DNA of 64,000 nt, from positions 17,011 to 81,010 of the forward strand of contig JAKAHZ010000002.1 of the NCBI GenBank assembly GCA_021814615.1. Direction: 5' to 3'. Below the pieces are notes generated by a model. The model was not told the origin of the DNA, ran no database searches, and saw only the letters and a program-made list of their open reading frames with translations. Both the position numbers and the translations under genes were made by a program. Shown piece by piece: positions 18,097 to 28,521 of the stretch. Source of the DNA: Nitrospirota bacterium (GTDB lineage: Bacteria > Nitrospirota > UBA9217). Every line of letters starts with the position of its first letter. The first letter of the stretch is position 1.

Positions 18097-18909
18097 ATGA
18101 CCGAACGCATCCAAGCAAAGAAATCCCTGGGCCAGAATTTCCTGAAGGATCCGCATTACCTTTCCCGGATCGCCGAAGCGGCGCACATCGCGCCGGATTC
18201 GCAGGTGATCGAGATCGGGCCGGGGATGGGGGACCTGACCCGCGAGCTTCTGCGGCGTGCCGGAAAACTGCTCCTGATCGAGCTGGACGACCGGCTGATC
18301 CCGTTGCTGCGGAAGGAGTTCGGCGCTGATCCGCGCGTGACCATCGTGCATGCCGATGCCATGGAATTCGATTTCCGAGGACTTTCCGGGACCTGGTCCG
18401 TCGTGGCAAACCTTCCCTATTACGTGGCAACGCCGCTGATCCAGCGGATGCTCCTCTTGCGCGGCACCCTCGGCTCCCTCACGCTCATGCTGCAGCAGGA
18501 GGTGGCCGACCGCATTTGCGCCGCGCCGGGCGGAAAGGAATACGGCTATCTTTCCGTGATCAGCCAGATGGATGCGGTACCTCGCAAGGAATTCTCCGTT
18601 CCGCCTGCCGCATTTCAGCCCACGCCGAAGGTCTTCTCCGCGGTCATTACGCTTTCCCTCAGGCCGGAGTCGCTGGTGCCTGACAGGGACCGCGATCTTT
18701 TCGTGCGCATGATCAAAGCCGGCTTCTCGCTGCGGCGCAAGACGCTCCGGAACGCCCTCGGCCAGCTGGGCATCCCGTCTGACGCCTGGGACGGCATTGC
18801 GACAGCGTCAGGCATCGATCCCCGTCGGCGCGCAGAAACGCTTTCCATCGCCGAATTCCTCCGGCTTCTCGCCGCCCTGCAGCCATATGTGCAGAGCCCC
18901 TCTTCCTAG
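18097..18909 (+). CDS. rsmA: 16S rRNA adenine dimethyltransferase (KsgA)
   Basis: KKSLGQNFL, EIGPGMG, VANLPYY, FQPTPKV and RRKTLRN motifs. Confidence 0.95.
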   Translation: MTERIQAKKSLGQNFLKDPHYLSRIAEAAHIAPDSQVIEIGPGMGDLTRELLRRAGKLLLIELDDRLIPLLRKEFGADPRVTIVHADAMEFDFRGLSGTWSVVANLPYYVATPLIQRMLLLRGTLGSLTLMLQQEVADRICAAPGGKEYGYLSVISQMDAVPRKEFSVPPAAFQPTPKVFSAVITLSLRPESLVPDRDRDLFVRMIKAGFSLRRKTLRNALGQLGIPSDAWDGIATASGIDPRRRAETLSIAEFLRLLAALQPYVQSPSS

Positions 18910-18967
18910 CAGAACCAGCCTTGAACGGAACGCAGAGGCCTGCAAAAGAAAAGGAAACATGAAAAAC

Positions 18968-18995
18968 TTGACAAACCCAAAAAACGTGCTATTCT
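18968..18995 (+). promoter_or_regulatory. Sigma70 promoter (extended -10) upstream of a candidate sRNA
   Basis: TTGACA-16-TATTCT with TG just upstream of the -10. Confidence 0.65.
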
Positions 18996-19000
18996 TACCA

Positions 19001-19116
19001 TAACAGATTCCTTCAACCCTCGGCTCGCGGCGCTCTCAAGCGATTGGGCGCTGCGGGCGGGGTTCCCTCCCACAGCCCCGGCAAATCCAGCTTCGTTGCC
19101 GGGGCCCTGCTTTTTC
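19001..19116 (+). ncRNA. Candidate small RNA (two hairpins, own promoter and terminator-like end)
   Basis: 12-bp stem CTCGCGGCGCTC/GGGCGCTGCGGG, 10-bp stem GCCCCGGCAA/TTGCCGGGGC, then TTTTT; no ORF; gmhA has its own promoter downstream. Confidence 0.5.
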
Positions 19117-19127
19117 CGCGGATCAGC

Positions 19128-19155
19128 TTGACATTTCACCACTGTGTTTTATAAT
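19128..19155 (+). promoter_or_regulatory. Consensus sigma70 promoter of gmhA
   Basis: TTGACA-16-TATAAT. Confidence 0.8.
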
Positions 19156-19181
19156 GACCCATCCCTGCAAGGAGCATCTGC

Positions 19182-19760
19182 GTGAATCAGCGAATCATCG
19201 GCATCTTTGAAGAAAGCGCCCGCGTCAAGACCGCCTTCGTCCGGGACAATGCGGACCGGATCGAGGACGTGGTCCGCCTGATCGCGGCTTCCTTTCGCGA
19301 CGGAAAAAAGGTGATCCTCTTCGGCAACGGCGGAAGCGCCACCGACGCATCGCACATCGCCGCGGAATTCGTGAACCGCTTCCTGATGGACCGCCCGCCC
19401 CTGCCCGCCATCGCCCTGAACACCGATCCGGCGGTCATCACGAGCATCGGCAACGATTTCGGTTTCGACCAGCTCTTTGCAAAACAGCTCGCCGCCCTGG
19501 GGCAGGAGGGCGACGTGGTCATCGCCATCAGCACGAGCGGGAATTCGCCCAACGTGCTCAAGGCGCTGGACGTGGCGAAACGGAAAAGCATGAAGACCGT
19601 GGTCCTGACCGGCGGCACGGGCGGCAAGATGGCCAATCTCGCGGACCATACCTTCATCGTTCCCTCGACGCACACGCCGCACATCCAGGAAACCCATATC
19701 ACCCTCGGCCATGTCATCTGCCAGATGGTCGACGAGCTGCTCTTCGGCGGAAAAGGGTAA
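19182..19760 (+). CDS. gmhA: Phosphoheptose isomerase
   Basis: GNGGSATDASHIAAE, NDFG, ISTSGNSPNV and IQETHI motifs. Confidence 0.95.
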   Translation: MNQRIIGIFEESARVKTAFVRDNADRIEDVVRLIAASFRDGKKVILFGNGGSATDASHIAAEFVNRFLMDRPPLPAIALNTDPAVITSIGNDFGFDQLFAKQLAALGQEGDVVIAISTSGNSPNVLKALDVAKRKSMKTVVLTGGTGGKMANLADHTFIVPSTHTPHIQETHITLGHVICQMVDELLFGGKG

Positions 19761-19762
19761 AC

Positions 19763-20698
19763 ATGAGCGAATTCGACCCTTCGAAGATCAGGACCTATTC
19801 CCTCAAGGACCGGCCGAGCAAGGTGCGCATCAACGAACTTGCAACGCCGCACCGCAGGGGGGGAAGCTTCCGCGGCTTTATCGATTCCCTCCCGGACATC
19901 CTTGCCGCAAAACACCTGAAAGATGTCGCCGCGGCGGTTGTGCAGGCGCGGAAGGACGGGCGGCCGGTCATGTTCGGCATGGGCGCCCATGCCATCAAGG
20001 TCGGCCTGAATCCCGTGATCATCGACCTCCTGGAGCGGCGCATTCTGACCAGCCTCCACCTGAACGGCGCCGGCGTGATCCATGATTTCGAACTTGCCTT
20101 CATCGGCCAGACGTCCGAGGATGTGGACAAGGAGATCCTCACCGGCGCCTTCGGCATGGCCGAGGAGACCGGAAGCATGATCAACGGGGCGGTGAAGGCC
20201 GGCGCGGCCAGGGGCCTGGGGATCGGGAAATCGGTGGGAACGATGATCCAGGAAGGATCCTTCCCCTATCGGGACAAGAGCCTGCTGGCGGCATGCAGCC
20301 GGCTGAACGTGCCGGTCACCGTCCATGTTGCCATCGGCACCGACATCATCCACATGCATCCCTCCTTCGACGGCAGGGCAACCGGCGAGGCGGCGCAGAC
20401 CGATTTTCGCGCCTTCTGCTCCCTTGTCGCGGACCTGGAGGGCGGCGTGTACATCAACCTCGGTTCGGCGGTCCTGCTTCCCGAGATCTTCCTCAAAGCA
20501 GTGACCCTCTGCCGGAACCTCGGTCATAGGCTGCAGCACTTCACCACCGTGAATATGGATTTCATCCAGCATTACCGGCCGAACACCAATGTCGTGCGCC
20601 GGCCCACGCTCGGCGGAGGCAAAGGTTTCGCCCTCACCGGCCACCACGAGATCCTTCTTCCGCTCCTGGCAGCAACGGTCATCGAGCTGTCGGAATAA
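19763..20698 (+). CDS. Conserved hypothetical protein, deoxyhypusine-synthase-like fold
   Basis: GMGAHAIKVGL, NGAGVIHDFE, VAIGTDIIH, GSAVLLPEIFLKA and GHHEI motifs. Confidence 0.7.
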   Translation: MSEFDPSKIRTYSLKDRPSKVRINELATPHRRGGSFRGFIDSLPDILAAKHLKDVAAAVVQARKDGRPVMFGMGAHAIKVGLNPVIIDLLERRILTSLHLNGAGVIHDFELAFIGQTSEDVDKEILTGAFGMAEETGSMINGAVKAGAARGLGIGKSVGTMIQEGSFPYRDKSLLAACSRLNVPVTVHVAIGTDIIHMHPSFDGRATGEAAQTDFRAFCSLVADLEGGVYINLGSAVLLPEIFLKAVTLCRNLGHRLQHFTTVNMDFIQHYRPNTNVVRRPTLGGGKGFALTGHHEILLPLLAATVIELSE

Positions 20699-20888
20699 CC
20701 ATCTCCCCAAGACATTTCCGGGATTGTGACGAGGTAACCGCAAGAACGGCGCGGCATTGCCGCCGACGTGACGGGTTCATGCGGTGACGCGCCTGCGCGC
20801 GGCGCGAAGGGAACAGCTCAATCGCAGAATGGGCTGAAGAATGCGCAGGGAAGGAGGCGAGCTTCTCGGCCTGCCCGCCTGCGGCTGG

Positions 20889-21989
<1,101 letters not shown>

Positions 21990-22859
21990 TCATCCGTTCC
22001 GCCGGTGCACCGTGGAAATGATCCGCCGGAGCGGCAGATCGAAGCCGTGGATGCTCTCGGAATGCCCGAGGAAGAGATAGCCGTCGGGCCGGAGCACCCG
22101 GCAGAAACGGCCGAGCAGCCGCTCCTGGATCGCCCGGTCAAAATAGATGATCACGTTCCTGCAGAATATGGCATCGAACGGCTCTGTCGCCGTGATGCCT
22201 TCCTCCATCAGGTTCAGACGCCGGAACTGCACCTGCGACCGCAGGGACGGCACGATGCGAACGATGTTCTTCGCGGGGTCCTTGCTCCGGAGGAGATACT
22301 TTTTCTTGAGTTCCAAGGGAACGCCGGCAACGCGGTCCGCATCGTAGACGGCTTCCTTTGCGCGGTCGAGGACCTTCGTCGAAATGTCCGTCGCCAGGAT
22401 GGAGAAGCGAAAACCGGGGTGCCGTTCGGCGTATTCCGTCAGGACCATGGCCAGGGTGTACGGTTCTTCGCCCGTGGAGCACCCGGCGCTCCAGACCAGA
22501 AAGGGATGTTCGTCCCCCGTTCCCGGCCCGTGGTCCTCCAGGAACTCGGGCAGGATGGTCTGCTCGAGGTACTGGAAGTGCGTCGGCTCCCGGAAGAAGT
22601 CGGTCTTGTTCGTCGTGACCGCGTTGAGCATGTGCACCAGCTCGTCGCGGCCGTCCTCTCCCGTCAGCCGTTCGAAATACTCGCCGAAGGAATCGATGCC
22701 GAGCGTCCGGAGCCGCTTTGCCAGCCTGGCCTCCAGCATCACTTTCTTGCTTTGCGGCATCTTGATGCCGCACTGGCTGCTGATGAACTCGCTGTAGCGG
22801 CTGAACTCGGCCTGCGTCATCGGCTTGACCGGATGGACGGAAAATCCCCTTTGTTCCAT
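21990..22859 (-). CDS. cheR: Chemotaxis methyltransferase
   Basis: TTNKTDFFRE, WSAGCSTGEEPYT, IFCRNVIIYF and GHSES motifs. Confidence 0.95.
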   Translation of the reverse strand: MEQRGFSVHPVKPMTQAEFSRYSEFISSQCGIKMPQSKKVMLEARLAKRLRTLGIDSFGEYFERLTGEDGRDELVHMLNAVTTNKTDFFREPTHFQYLEQTILPEFLEDHGPGTGDEHPFLVWSAGCSTGEEPYTLAMVLTEYAERHPGFRFSILATDISTKVLDRAKEAVYDADRVAGVPLELKKKYLLRSKDPAKNIVRIVPSLRSQVQFRRLNLMEEGITATEPFDAIFCRNVIIYFDRAIQERLLGRFCRVLRPDGYLFLGHSESIHGFDLPLRRIISTVHRRNG

Positions 22860-22878
22860 ATCGTCGCCGGACCCGCCG

Positions 22879-23376
22879 CTACGAGGCGCTCGCCGCCGTC
22901 TCGCCGGCCTGCACCAGGGCCAGCTCGTCCGCGGAGAACACCCGGTCGACATCGAGGATGATGATGAACCGGTCGTCCCGCTTCCCCATGCCCTTGATGA
23001 ACTCGGTCCGGAGCTTCGTCCCGATCCGGGGCGGCGCGGAGATGCTCGCGGCGTCGAGCTCGATCACCTCCTGCACCGAATCGGCGAGCGCCCCCAGAAT
23101 GGTCGTGTCGTCATCCACCGTCACTTCCGTGATGATCACGCAGGTGTTCACCGTTTTCTCGGTCATGGTCAGGCCGAACTTGAGCCGGAGGTCAACCACC
23201 GGCACCACGCTCCCGCGGAGATTGATGACGCCCCGCATGAAATCCGGCGTGCGCGGCACCTTGGTCACCGTGGTGAAATCCAGCACCTCGCGCACCTTGC
23301 CGATGTCCAGGGCATAGACCTCGTCGGAGAGTTTGAAGGTCAGATATTGTGTCGTCATGGTTTCCGTTACGGCCAT
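22879..23376 (-). CDS. cheW: Chemotaxis coupling protein
   Basis: VPRTPDFMRGVINLRGSVVPVVDLR motif. Confidence 0.95.
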   Translation of the reverse strand: MAVTETMTTQYLTFKLSDEVYALDIGKVREVLDFTTVTKVPRTPDFMRGVINLRGSVVPVVDLRLKFGLTMTEKTVNTCVIITEVTVDDDTTILGALADSVQEVIELDAASISAPPRIGTKLRTEFIKGMGKRDDRFIIILDVDRVFSADELALVQAGETAASAS

Positions 23377-23394
23377 GGAAGCCTCCTGGTGAGG

Positions 23395-23478
23395 CAGGAG
23401 ACAGGAGTCAGAAGTCAGTAGTCAGAAGAATTATTCGGCCTTCTCCTGGCTCCTGGATTCTGTATTCGGTCTCCTGTC
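23395..23478. repeat. Heptamer-tandem inverted-repeat hairpin
   Basis: CAGGAGA/CAGGAGT/CAGAAGT/CAGTAGT arm facing a CTCCTGG/TTCTG/CTCCTGT arm between the MCP gene and cheW. Confidence 0.6.
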
Positions 23479-23481
23479 TTT

Positions 23482-25188
23482 TTAGAACTTCTCAAACTCC
23501 TTGTCCTTGGCATCGCCCTTTGGGGCGGACTTGCCCATGTCAAGATGCACGCCCTTTGCGGCGGGCTCGGTCTTAGAATGGAGATGGGCCACATGGACCT
23601 TCGATGCCGCAGGCAGAGCCTTTCTCTGAACCTCGCGGAACGCCTTCCGGTCGAGCCGATCACCCCCGGCCCCGGTCTTGAAGAAGGCGACCGTGGTCTG
23701 GAGCTGGTCCGCCTGGGAGGAAAGTTCCTCTGCCGTGGAGGCCATCTCCTCCGCGGCGCCGGCGTTCTGCTGCACCACCTGGTTCAGCTGCTGGATCGCG
23801 CCGTTGATCTGGTCCGCACCCGATGCCTGTTCCTTGGACGACGCGCTGATCTCCTGCACCAGTTCCGAAGTCTTCTGGATATCCGGCACCAGCTTGGCCA
23901 GCATGGCGCCCGCCCGCTCGGCCACTTCCACGCTCGAGCCCGAGAGCTGGCTGATCTCCGCCGCAGCGGTCTGGCTCCGCTCCGCGAGCTTCCGCACTTC
24001 CGCGGCGACCACGGCGAAGCCCTTCCCGTGCTCGCCCGCCCGGGCAGCCTCGATCGCCGCGTTCAGGGCCAGGAGGTTGGTCTGGCGCGCGATCTCCTCG
24101 ATGATGCCGATCTTCTCGGCGATCTGCTTCATGGCGACCACCGCGTCCGTCACCGCCCTGCCGCTCTCCTGCGCGTCGGCAGCCGATTTCTGCGCGATTT
24201 TCTCGGTCTGCATGGAGTTGTCGGCGTTCTGCCGGATCGTGGCATTCATCTCCTCAATCGACGACGATGCCTCTTCTGTGGACGCTGCCTGCTCCGTGGT
24301 ACCCTGGGACATCTGCTGCGCGCCCGCAGAGAGCTGCTCGCTGCCCGAGGCCACGTTGTCCGCGGCGGTCTTCACATCGGCGACCACGGTCCGCAGCCGC
24401 TCCACCATGCCCTTCATGGTCATGAGCAGCTGGCCCAGTTCATCCTTGCCCCAGGCCGACACTTCCACGGTCAGGTCGCCGTTCGCCAGCTTGTCCGCGA
24501 TATTCATGCCCTTCTGGAGCGGCAGCGTGATGGCCCGCGAAATGATCATGCTCGTCACGATGCTTAAGACAAGTGCGGTCAACGTCAGGATCGCCATGAT
24601 CCAGGTGGTTCGGCTCGTGATCCCTTCGATCAACGGCTGTTCTTCATCCATGCGCTTGTTCGCCGCGTCGGCAAGCTCCTGTGCGGTTTTCTCGAGTTTG
24701 TGAATCGATTCCTTGTATTCATTGATCGCAGCATTGCCGTCTTGCGGCGTCGTGATCTTCTGGGTCTGGACCATGCCGAACACCTTGGCCATGCCGTTGG
24801 CATAGCTGTCCAGTTCCGCGCGCATCGTCCGGACCGCATCGGTATCCTCTTTCTTCTGGTCAGTGTATTCCGCTGCCTTTTCGATGTCGTTCAGCCGCGC
24901 GGTCAGATGCTCTTTCTGCTCGTTCCAGTCCTTCCAGTATCCCTGCTCCTTTTCGGCGTTCCCAATGTTCAGGAAGAGGTCTTTTTCAAAGCGCCTCAGA
25001 CCGAGCACGTTCGCCCGGGCGCGCGCGGCATGCTCCGCAACGGTTGCATCGCCCTGAAGCAGATGAATCGTCGTGCCCGAGATGGAATGGACACCCCAGT
25101 AGCCGAGCCCTCCCAGCAGCAGGAGAAAGACCAGCAAAACACCGAACCCGATTCCCAGCTTCATTCCCACTTTCAAGTTCGAAAGCAT
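23482..25188 (-). CDS. Methyl-accepting chemotaxis protein
   Basis: TM-periplasmic-TM-HAMP layout, [31 protein letters not shown]-terminal pentapeptide EFEKF. Confidence 0.96.
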   Translation of the reverse strand: MLSNLKVGMKLGIGFGVLLVFLLLLGGLGYWGVHSISGTTIHLLQGDATVAEHAARARANVLGLRRFEKDLFLNIGNAEKEQGYWKDWNEQKEHLTARLNDIEKAAEYTDQKKEDTDAVRTMRAELDSYANGMAKVFGMVQTQKITTPQDGNAAINEYKESIHKLEKTAQELADAANKRMDEEQPLIEGITSRTTWIMAILTLTALVLSIVTSMIISRAITLPLQKGMNIADKLANGDLTVEVSAWGKDELGQLLMTMKGMVERLRTVVADVKTAADNVASGSEQLSAGAQQMSQGTTEQAASTEEASSSIEEMNATIRQNADNSMQTEKIAQKSAADAQESGRAVTDAVVAMKQIAEKIGIIEEIARQTNLLALNAAIEAARAGEHGKGFAVVAAEVRKLAERSQTAAAEISQLSGSSVEVAERAGAMLAKLVPDIQKTSELVQEISASSKEQASGADQINGAIQQLNQVVQQNAGAAEEMASTAEELSSQADQLQTTVAFFKTGAGGDRLDRKAFREVQRKALPAASKVHVAHLHSKTEPAAKGVHLDMGKSAPKGDAKDKEFEKF

Positions 25189-25272
25189 GGCCAGCTACCT
25201 CCTTCGGTATGAGTGCCTCCCCTCACGCACAGGTTGATGATGCTCTTCCTTCGATCCCTTCGTCGTGCGGGA

Positions 25273-27408
25273 TCATGCGATGCCCGTCTCCTCCCGCTCC
25301 ACGCCCTGCACCAGCTTCGGCACGTCGAGGATCAGCGCCACGCTGCCGTCGCCCAGGATCGTTGCGCCCGACAGCCCCTCCACGCCCTTGTACATCTTTC
25401 CGAGGCTCTTGATCACCGTCTGATGCCCGCCGACGATATGGTCCACCACGAAACCGACGCGCAGGGCGTCCACCTTCACAATCACCACCTGTTCGATGGG
25501 CGGCCGCGCTCCCTCCACGGCGAACCGGTCGCGCAGCAGAATATAGGGAACGAGTTCGCCGCGCACCGGGAGGAGCGTGCGGCCGCTGGCGGACCGCTCC
25601 TCCGACGCCTTGAGCTCCACGCACTCATCGACAAGCGAGAGCGGGAACACGAAGTATCCACCGCCGATCTTGGTGAGGAACCCGTCGATGATGGCGAGGG
25701 TCAACGGCAGGGAAAGGGTGATCGTGGTCCCGGCACCCCGCGTGCTTTCGATGTCGATCGTGCCGCGCAGGGCGTCGATGGCCTGCTTCACCACGTCCAT
25801 GCCCACGCCCCGGCCCGACACATCGGTCACCTGGCTGGCGGTGGAGAACCCCGGCAGCAGGACCAGCGAGAAGAGCTCCTTTTCGCTCAGGGAATCCTCG
25901 GGCGTGATCAGCTCCTTTTCGAGCGCCTTCTTTCTGATGGAGTCGGTGTTCATGCCACCGCCGTCGTCGCTGATGGTGATCAGCACGTGGGCGCCGGAAT
26001 GCACCGCCGAGAGGTGAATGGTCCCGTGCCGCGGCTTGCCTGCCGCGACGCGGTCGCCGGGCATCTCGATGCCGTGGTCGATGCAGTTGCGGATCAGGTG
26101 CACGAGCGGATCGTGCAGCTTCTCGATCACCGTCTTGTCCAGCTCCGTCTCCGTGCCTTCCATGACCAGCTCGACCGCCTTGCCCAGGTTCTGCGAAAGG
26201 TCCCGGGCAACGCGCTTGAACTTGTTGAAGATCGTCCCGATGGGCAGCATGCGGATGCTCATCGTGTTGTCGCGAAGCTCGGCGGTGAGACGCTCCACTT
26301 CCTCGGCGATGGAGATGAAGGTCCCGTCGTTGGCGATCAGGGATGCCTGGCTCAGCCTCGCCTGGACCGTCACCAGTTCTCCCACAAGGTCCACGAGCTT
26401 GTCCAGTTTGGGCGACGCGACCCGGATGCTGGACATCTCCTCGGTCTTCTGGCGCTCGCGCCTCAGCTCGCGCACATGCTGCTGCTCCGTGAGCGCGGTC
26501 TCGACCTGATCGTGCTGCACCAGGCCCTTTTCGACGAGAACCTCGCCGATCTTCTTCTGCCCCACGTTGAGCCCTTTGATGTCCTCGGGCCGGAGGTCGC
26601 CGCGCTCGACCAGGATATCGCCGAGCCGCTGGGCTTCCTCGCCGCCCGAAAGCAGCGCGTCCACGTCGAACTGCTCGATCTTTACCTCGCTCACATCCTC
26701 GACGAAGATGAAGACGTCCTTGATCGCATCCAGTCCGCGGTCCGTGGTCAGGATGATGTCCCAGTAGACGTAGCACTGCTCCGCCTCGAGTCCGTCGAGG
26801 CCGGGGATCTCGTTCAGCTGCGCCACGATCTTGCAGGAGCCGAGTCCGCGCAGCTCTTCCAGCACCCGCCCCGGATCGGTGCCGAGCTGGAAGATATTGT
26901 GGGCCGGCCGGAACCGGATGCGGTAGGTCGCCTGCATCCGGACCTCCGGGACCACCACGACCGGCGGCGCGGGTTTCGGCTTTTTGGATTTGCCAACATA
27001 GCCCGCCGGCAGGAACCGCCTCAGCTGAACGGCGACCTGTTCCGTGGCGTCGTCCTGCGCATCTCCCAGGTTGTAATGCCGGTTGAAGAGCGCGGTGATC
27101 TGGTCGCGCGCCGCGAGCGTGGCATTGATGATCTCCTTCGTCACTGCCAGCTGGTCGTTCCGGATAGCGTCGTAGACCGCCTCGACTTCGTGGGCGAAAT
27201 TGGATATGTCTTCGAAGCCGCAGGCCCCGCCCGATCCCTTGATGGTGTGCAGCGCCCGGAACACGCGGCCGATCAGGTCCTTGTCCTGCGGCGACTGGTC
27301 GAGGGCGAGCAGCGCGCTCTCGAGTTCGGCCACGAGCTCATAGGCCTCGGCCTTGAACATCTCCCTGAGCACATTCAGGTCAAAACCGTCATTCAGATCG
27401 TCGCTCAT
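25273..27408 (-). CDS. cheA: Chemotaxis histidine kinase
   Basis: Hpt FRALHTIKG, HLIRNCIDHG, DVSGRGVGMDVV and a C-terminal CheW domain. Confidence 0.96.
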   Translation of the reverse strand: MSDDLNDGFDLNVLREMFKAEAYELVAELESALLALDQSPQDKDLIGRVFRALHTIKGSGGACGFEDISNFAHEVEAVYDAIRNDQLAVTKEIINATLAARDQITALFNRHYNLGDAQDDATEQVAVQLRRFLPAGYVGKSKKPKPAPPVVVVPEVRMQATYRIRFRPAHNIFQLGTDPGRVLEELRGLGSCKIVAQLNEIPGLDGLEAEQCYVYWDIILTTDRGLDAIKDVFIFVEDVSEVKIEQFDVDALLSGGEEAQRLGDILVERGDLRPEDIKGLNVGQKKIGEVLVEKGLVQHDQVETALTEQQHVRELRRERQKTEEMSSIRVASPKLDKLVDLVGELVTVQARLSQASLIANDGTFISIAEEVERLTAELRDNTMSIRMLPIGTIFNKFKRVARDLSQNLGKAVELVMEGTETELDKTVIEKLHDPLVHLIRNCIDHGIEMPGDRVAAGKPRHGTIHLSAVHSGAHVLITISDDGGGMNTDSIRKKALEKELITPEDSLSEKELFSLVLLPGFSTASQVTDVSGRGVGMDVVKQAIDALRGTIDIESTRGAGTTITLSLPLTLAIIDGFLTKIGGGYFVFPLSLVDECVELKASEERSASGRTLLPVRGELVPYILLRDRFAVEGARPPIEQVVIVKVDALRVGFVVDHIVGGHQTVIKSLGKMYKGVEGLSGATILGDGSVALILDVPKLVQGVEREETGIA

Positions 27409-27421
27409 ACGCCCCCGTCCC

Positions 27422-27772
27422 CTAGTGCGCGCCCTGCTTGCAGAGCCAGAAGCACGTGGTTCGCGTCGTTTCCCGGCATCCCACGTGCCGGGTGAACCCC
27501 ATCTGGCCGATCAGCCGGACCAGCGGCTCCTGATCCAGTCCCTTGACGACCAGCTTCTTGCCGTGGTCGGCTGCGGAGCGGTGCGCAGAACAGAGGAGCT
27601 GCAGCACCGTCAGGTCCGCGTCCCCGATCGCCTCGAAGGTCAGCTCGACCTCTCCCGCCTGCTGAAAAGCGGACAGCAGGACCTGCTTCAGCGATGCCGC
27701 CTCCGCCACGGTCGCCGCCCCGCTCACGGAAATGATCTCGCGATCGCCGTTCCGATGCTGCTTGATGTTCAC
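27422..27772 (-). CDS. STAS domain protein
   Basis: DADLTVLQLLCSAHRSA motif; located between cheY and cheA. Confidence 0.8.
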   Translation of the reverse strand: MNIKQHRNGDREIISVSGAATVAEAASLKQVLLSAFQQAGEVELTFEAIGDADLTVLQLLCSAHRSAADHGKKLVVKGLDQEPLVRLIGQMGFTRHVGCRETTRTTCFWLCKQGAH

Positions 27773-27781
27773 CTCTACCTC

Positions 27782-28147
27782 CTACGCCAGGAAGCGCCGC
27801 ACCACATCGAGGATCTGCTCGGCGGAAAAGGGCTTCACGATCCAGCCGCTCGCTCCGGCTGCGCGGCCTTCCCGCTTCTTCGCGTCCTGCACTTCCGTGG
27901 TCAGCATGATAATGGGAGTGAATTTGTAGTCCGTCATGCCCCGGAGCATGCGGATGAACTCGATGCCGTCCGTCTCGGGCATGTTGAGATCGGTAATGAC
28001 GAGGTCGAATTTGCGGCTGGAGAGAAGCGACAACGCCTCTTTCGGGCCCGATGCCGTAACCACATCGTACCCCGAGCCCTTGACAGCCAGGGTTACGAGC
28101 TGCCGGATCGCGGCGGAATCGTCAACAACCAGGAACGCCTTATCCAT
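27782..28147 (-). CDS. cheY: Chemotaxis response regulator
   Basis: LVVDDS, ITDLNMP, MLTTE and WIVKPF; start MDKAF (upstream extension spurious). Confidence 0.92.
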   Translation of the reverse strand: MDKAFLVVDDSAAIRQLVTLAVKGSGYDVVTASGPKEALSLLSSRKFDLVITDLNMPETDGIEFIRMLRGMTDYKFTPIIMLTTEVQDAKKREGRAAGASGWIVKPFSAEQILDVVRRFLA

Positions 28148-28521
28148 GCATCTTATCCTTCCTGCCGAGAGATTCGGCAACCGCTTCCTGCGTGCATCTG
28201 CTGCCTGCCGGCAACGGACCGATGGCCGGCCGGCGTGAGGGTTCCTGCCGCGAATGGTCCTGCCCGATGGGCGCTCAGAAAGATCGGGGATTGTACTACC
28301 TTCGACCGGGTTGACTGCGTACCTCAGCGCGCGCGTAGGATCTTCAGGGACTGTGACTCCTATTATAGCGAACAATTGCAGAGGCGCTATGCTTTTTTTC
28401 CATCCTGTCGGGAAAGCTGGGGAACCGTGATTTTTGAATAACAAGAGGTTACGCGGGGGAAACGGACGGTTGTCGCGGAAGGGAACAGCTGGTCCTTGGG
28501 GGGCGCGGCGAACTCCCCGTC

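Noticed and set aside
19001-19116. Possible tRNA or SRP RNA
   Set aside because: No cloverleaf, T-loop GTTCRA or CCA end, and no SRP GGAA-loop domain. Kept only as an unknown sRNA candidate.
28150-28440. c-di-GMP (GEMM) riboswitch in the che leader (also checked 4293-4514)
   Set aside because: The GGCAAA...GAAA...GACGCAAAGC core is absent on the coding strand.
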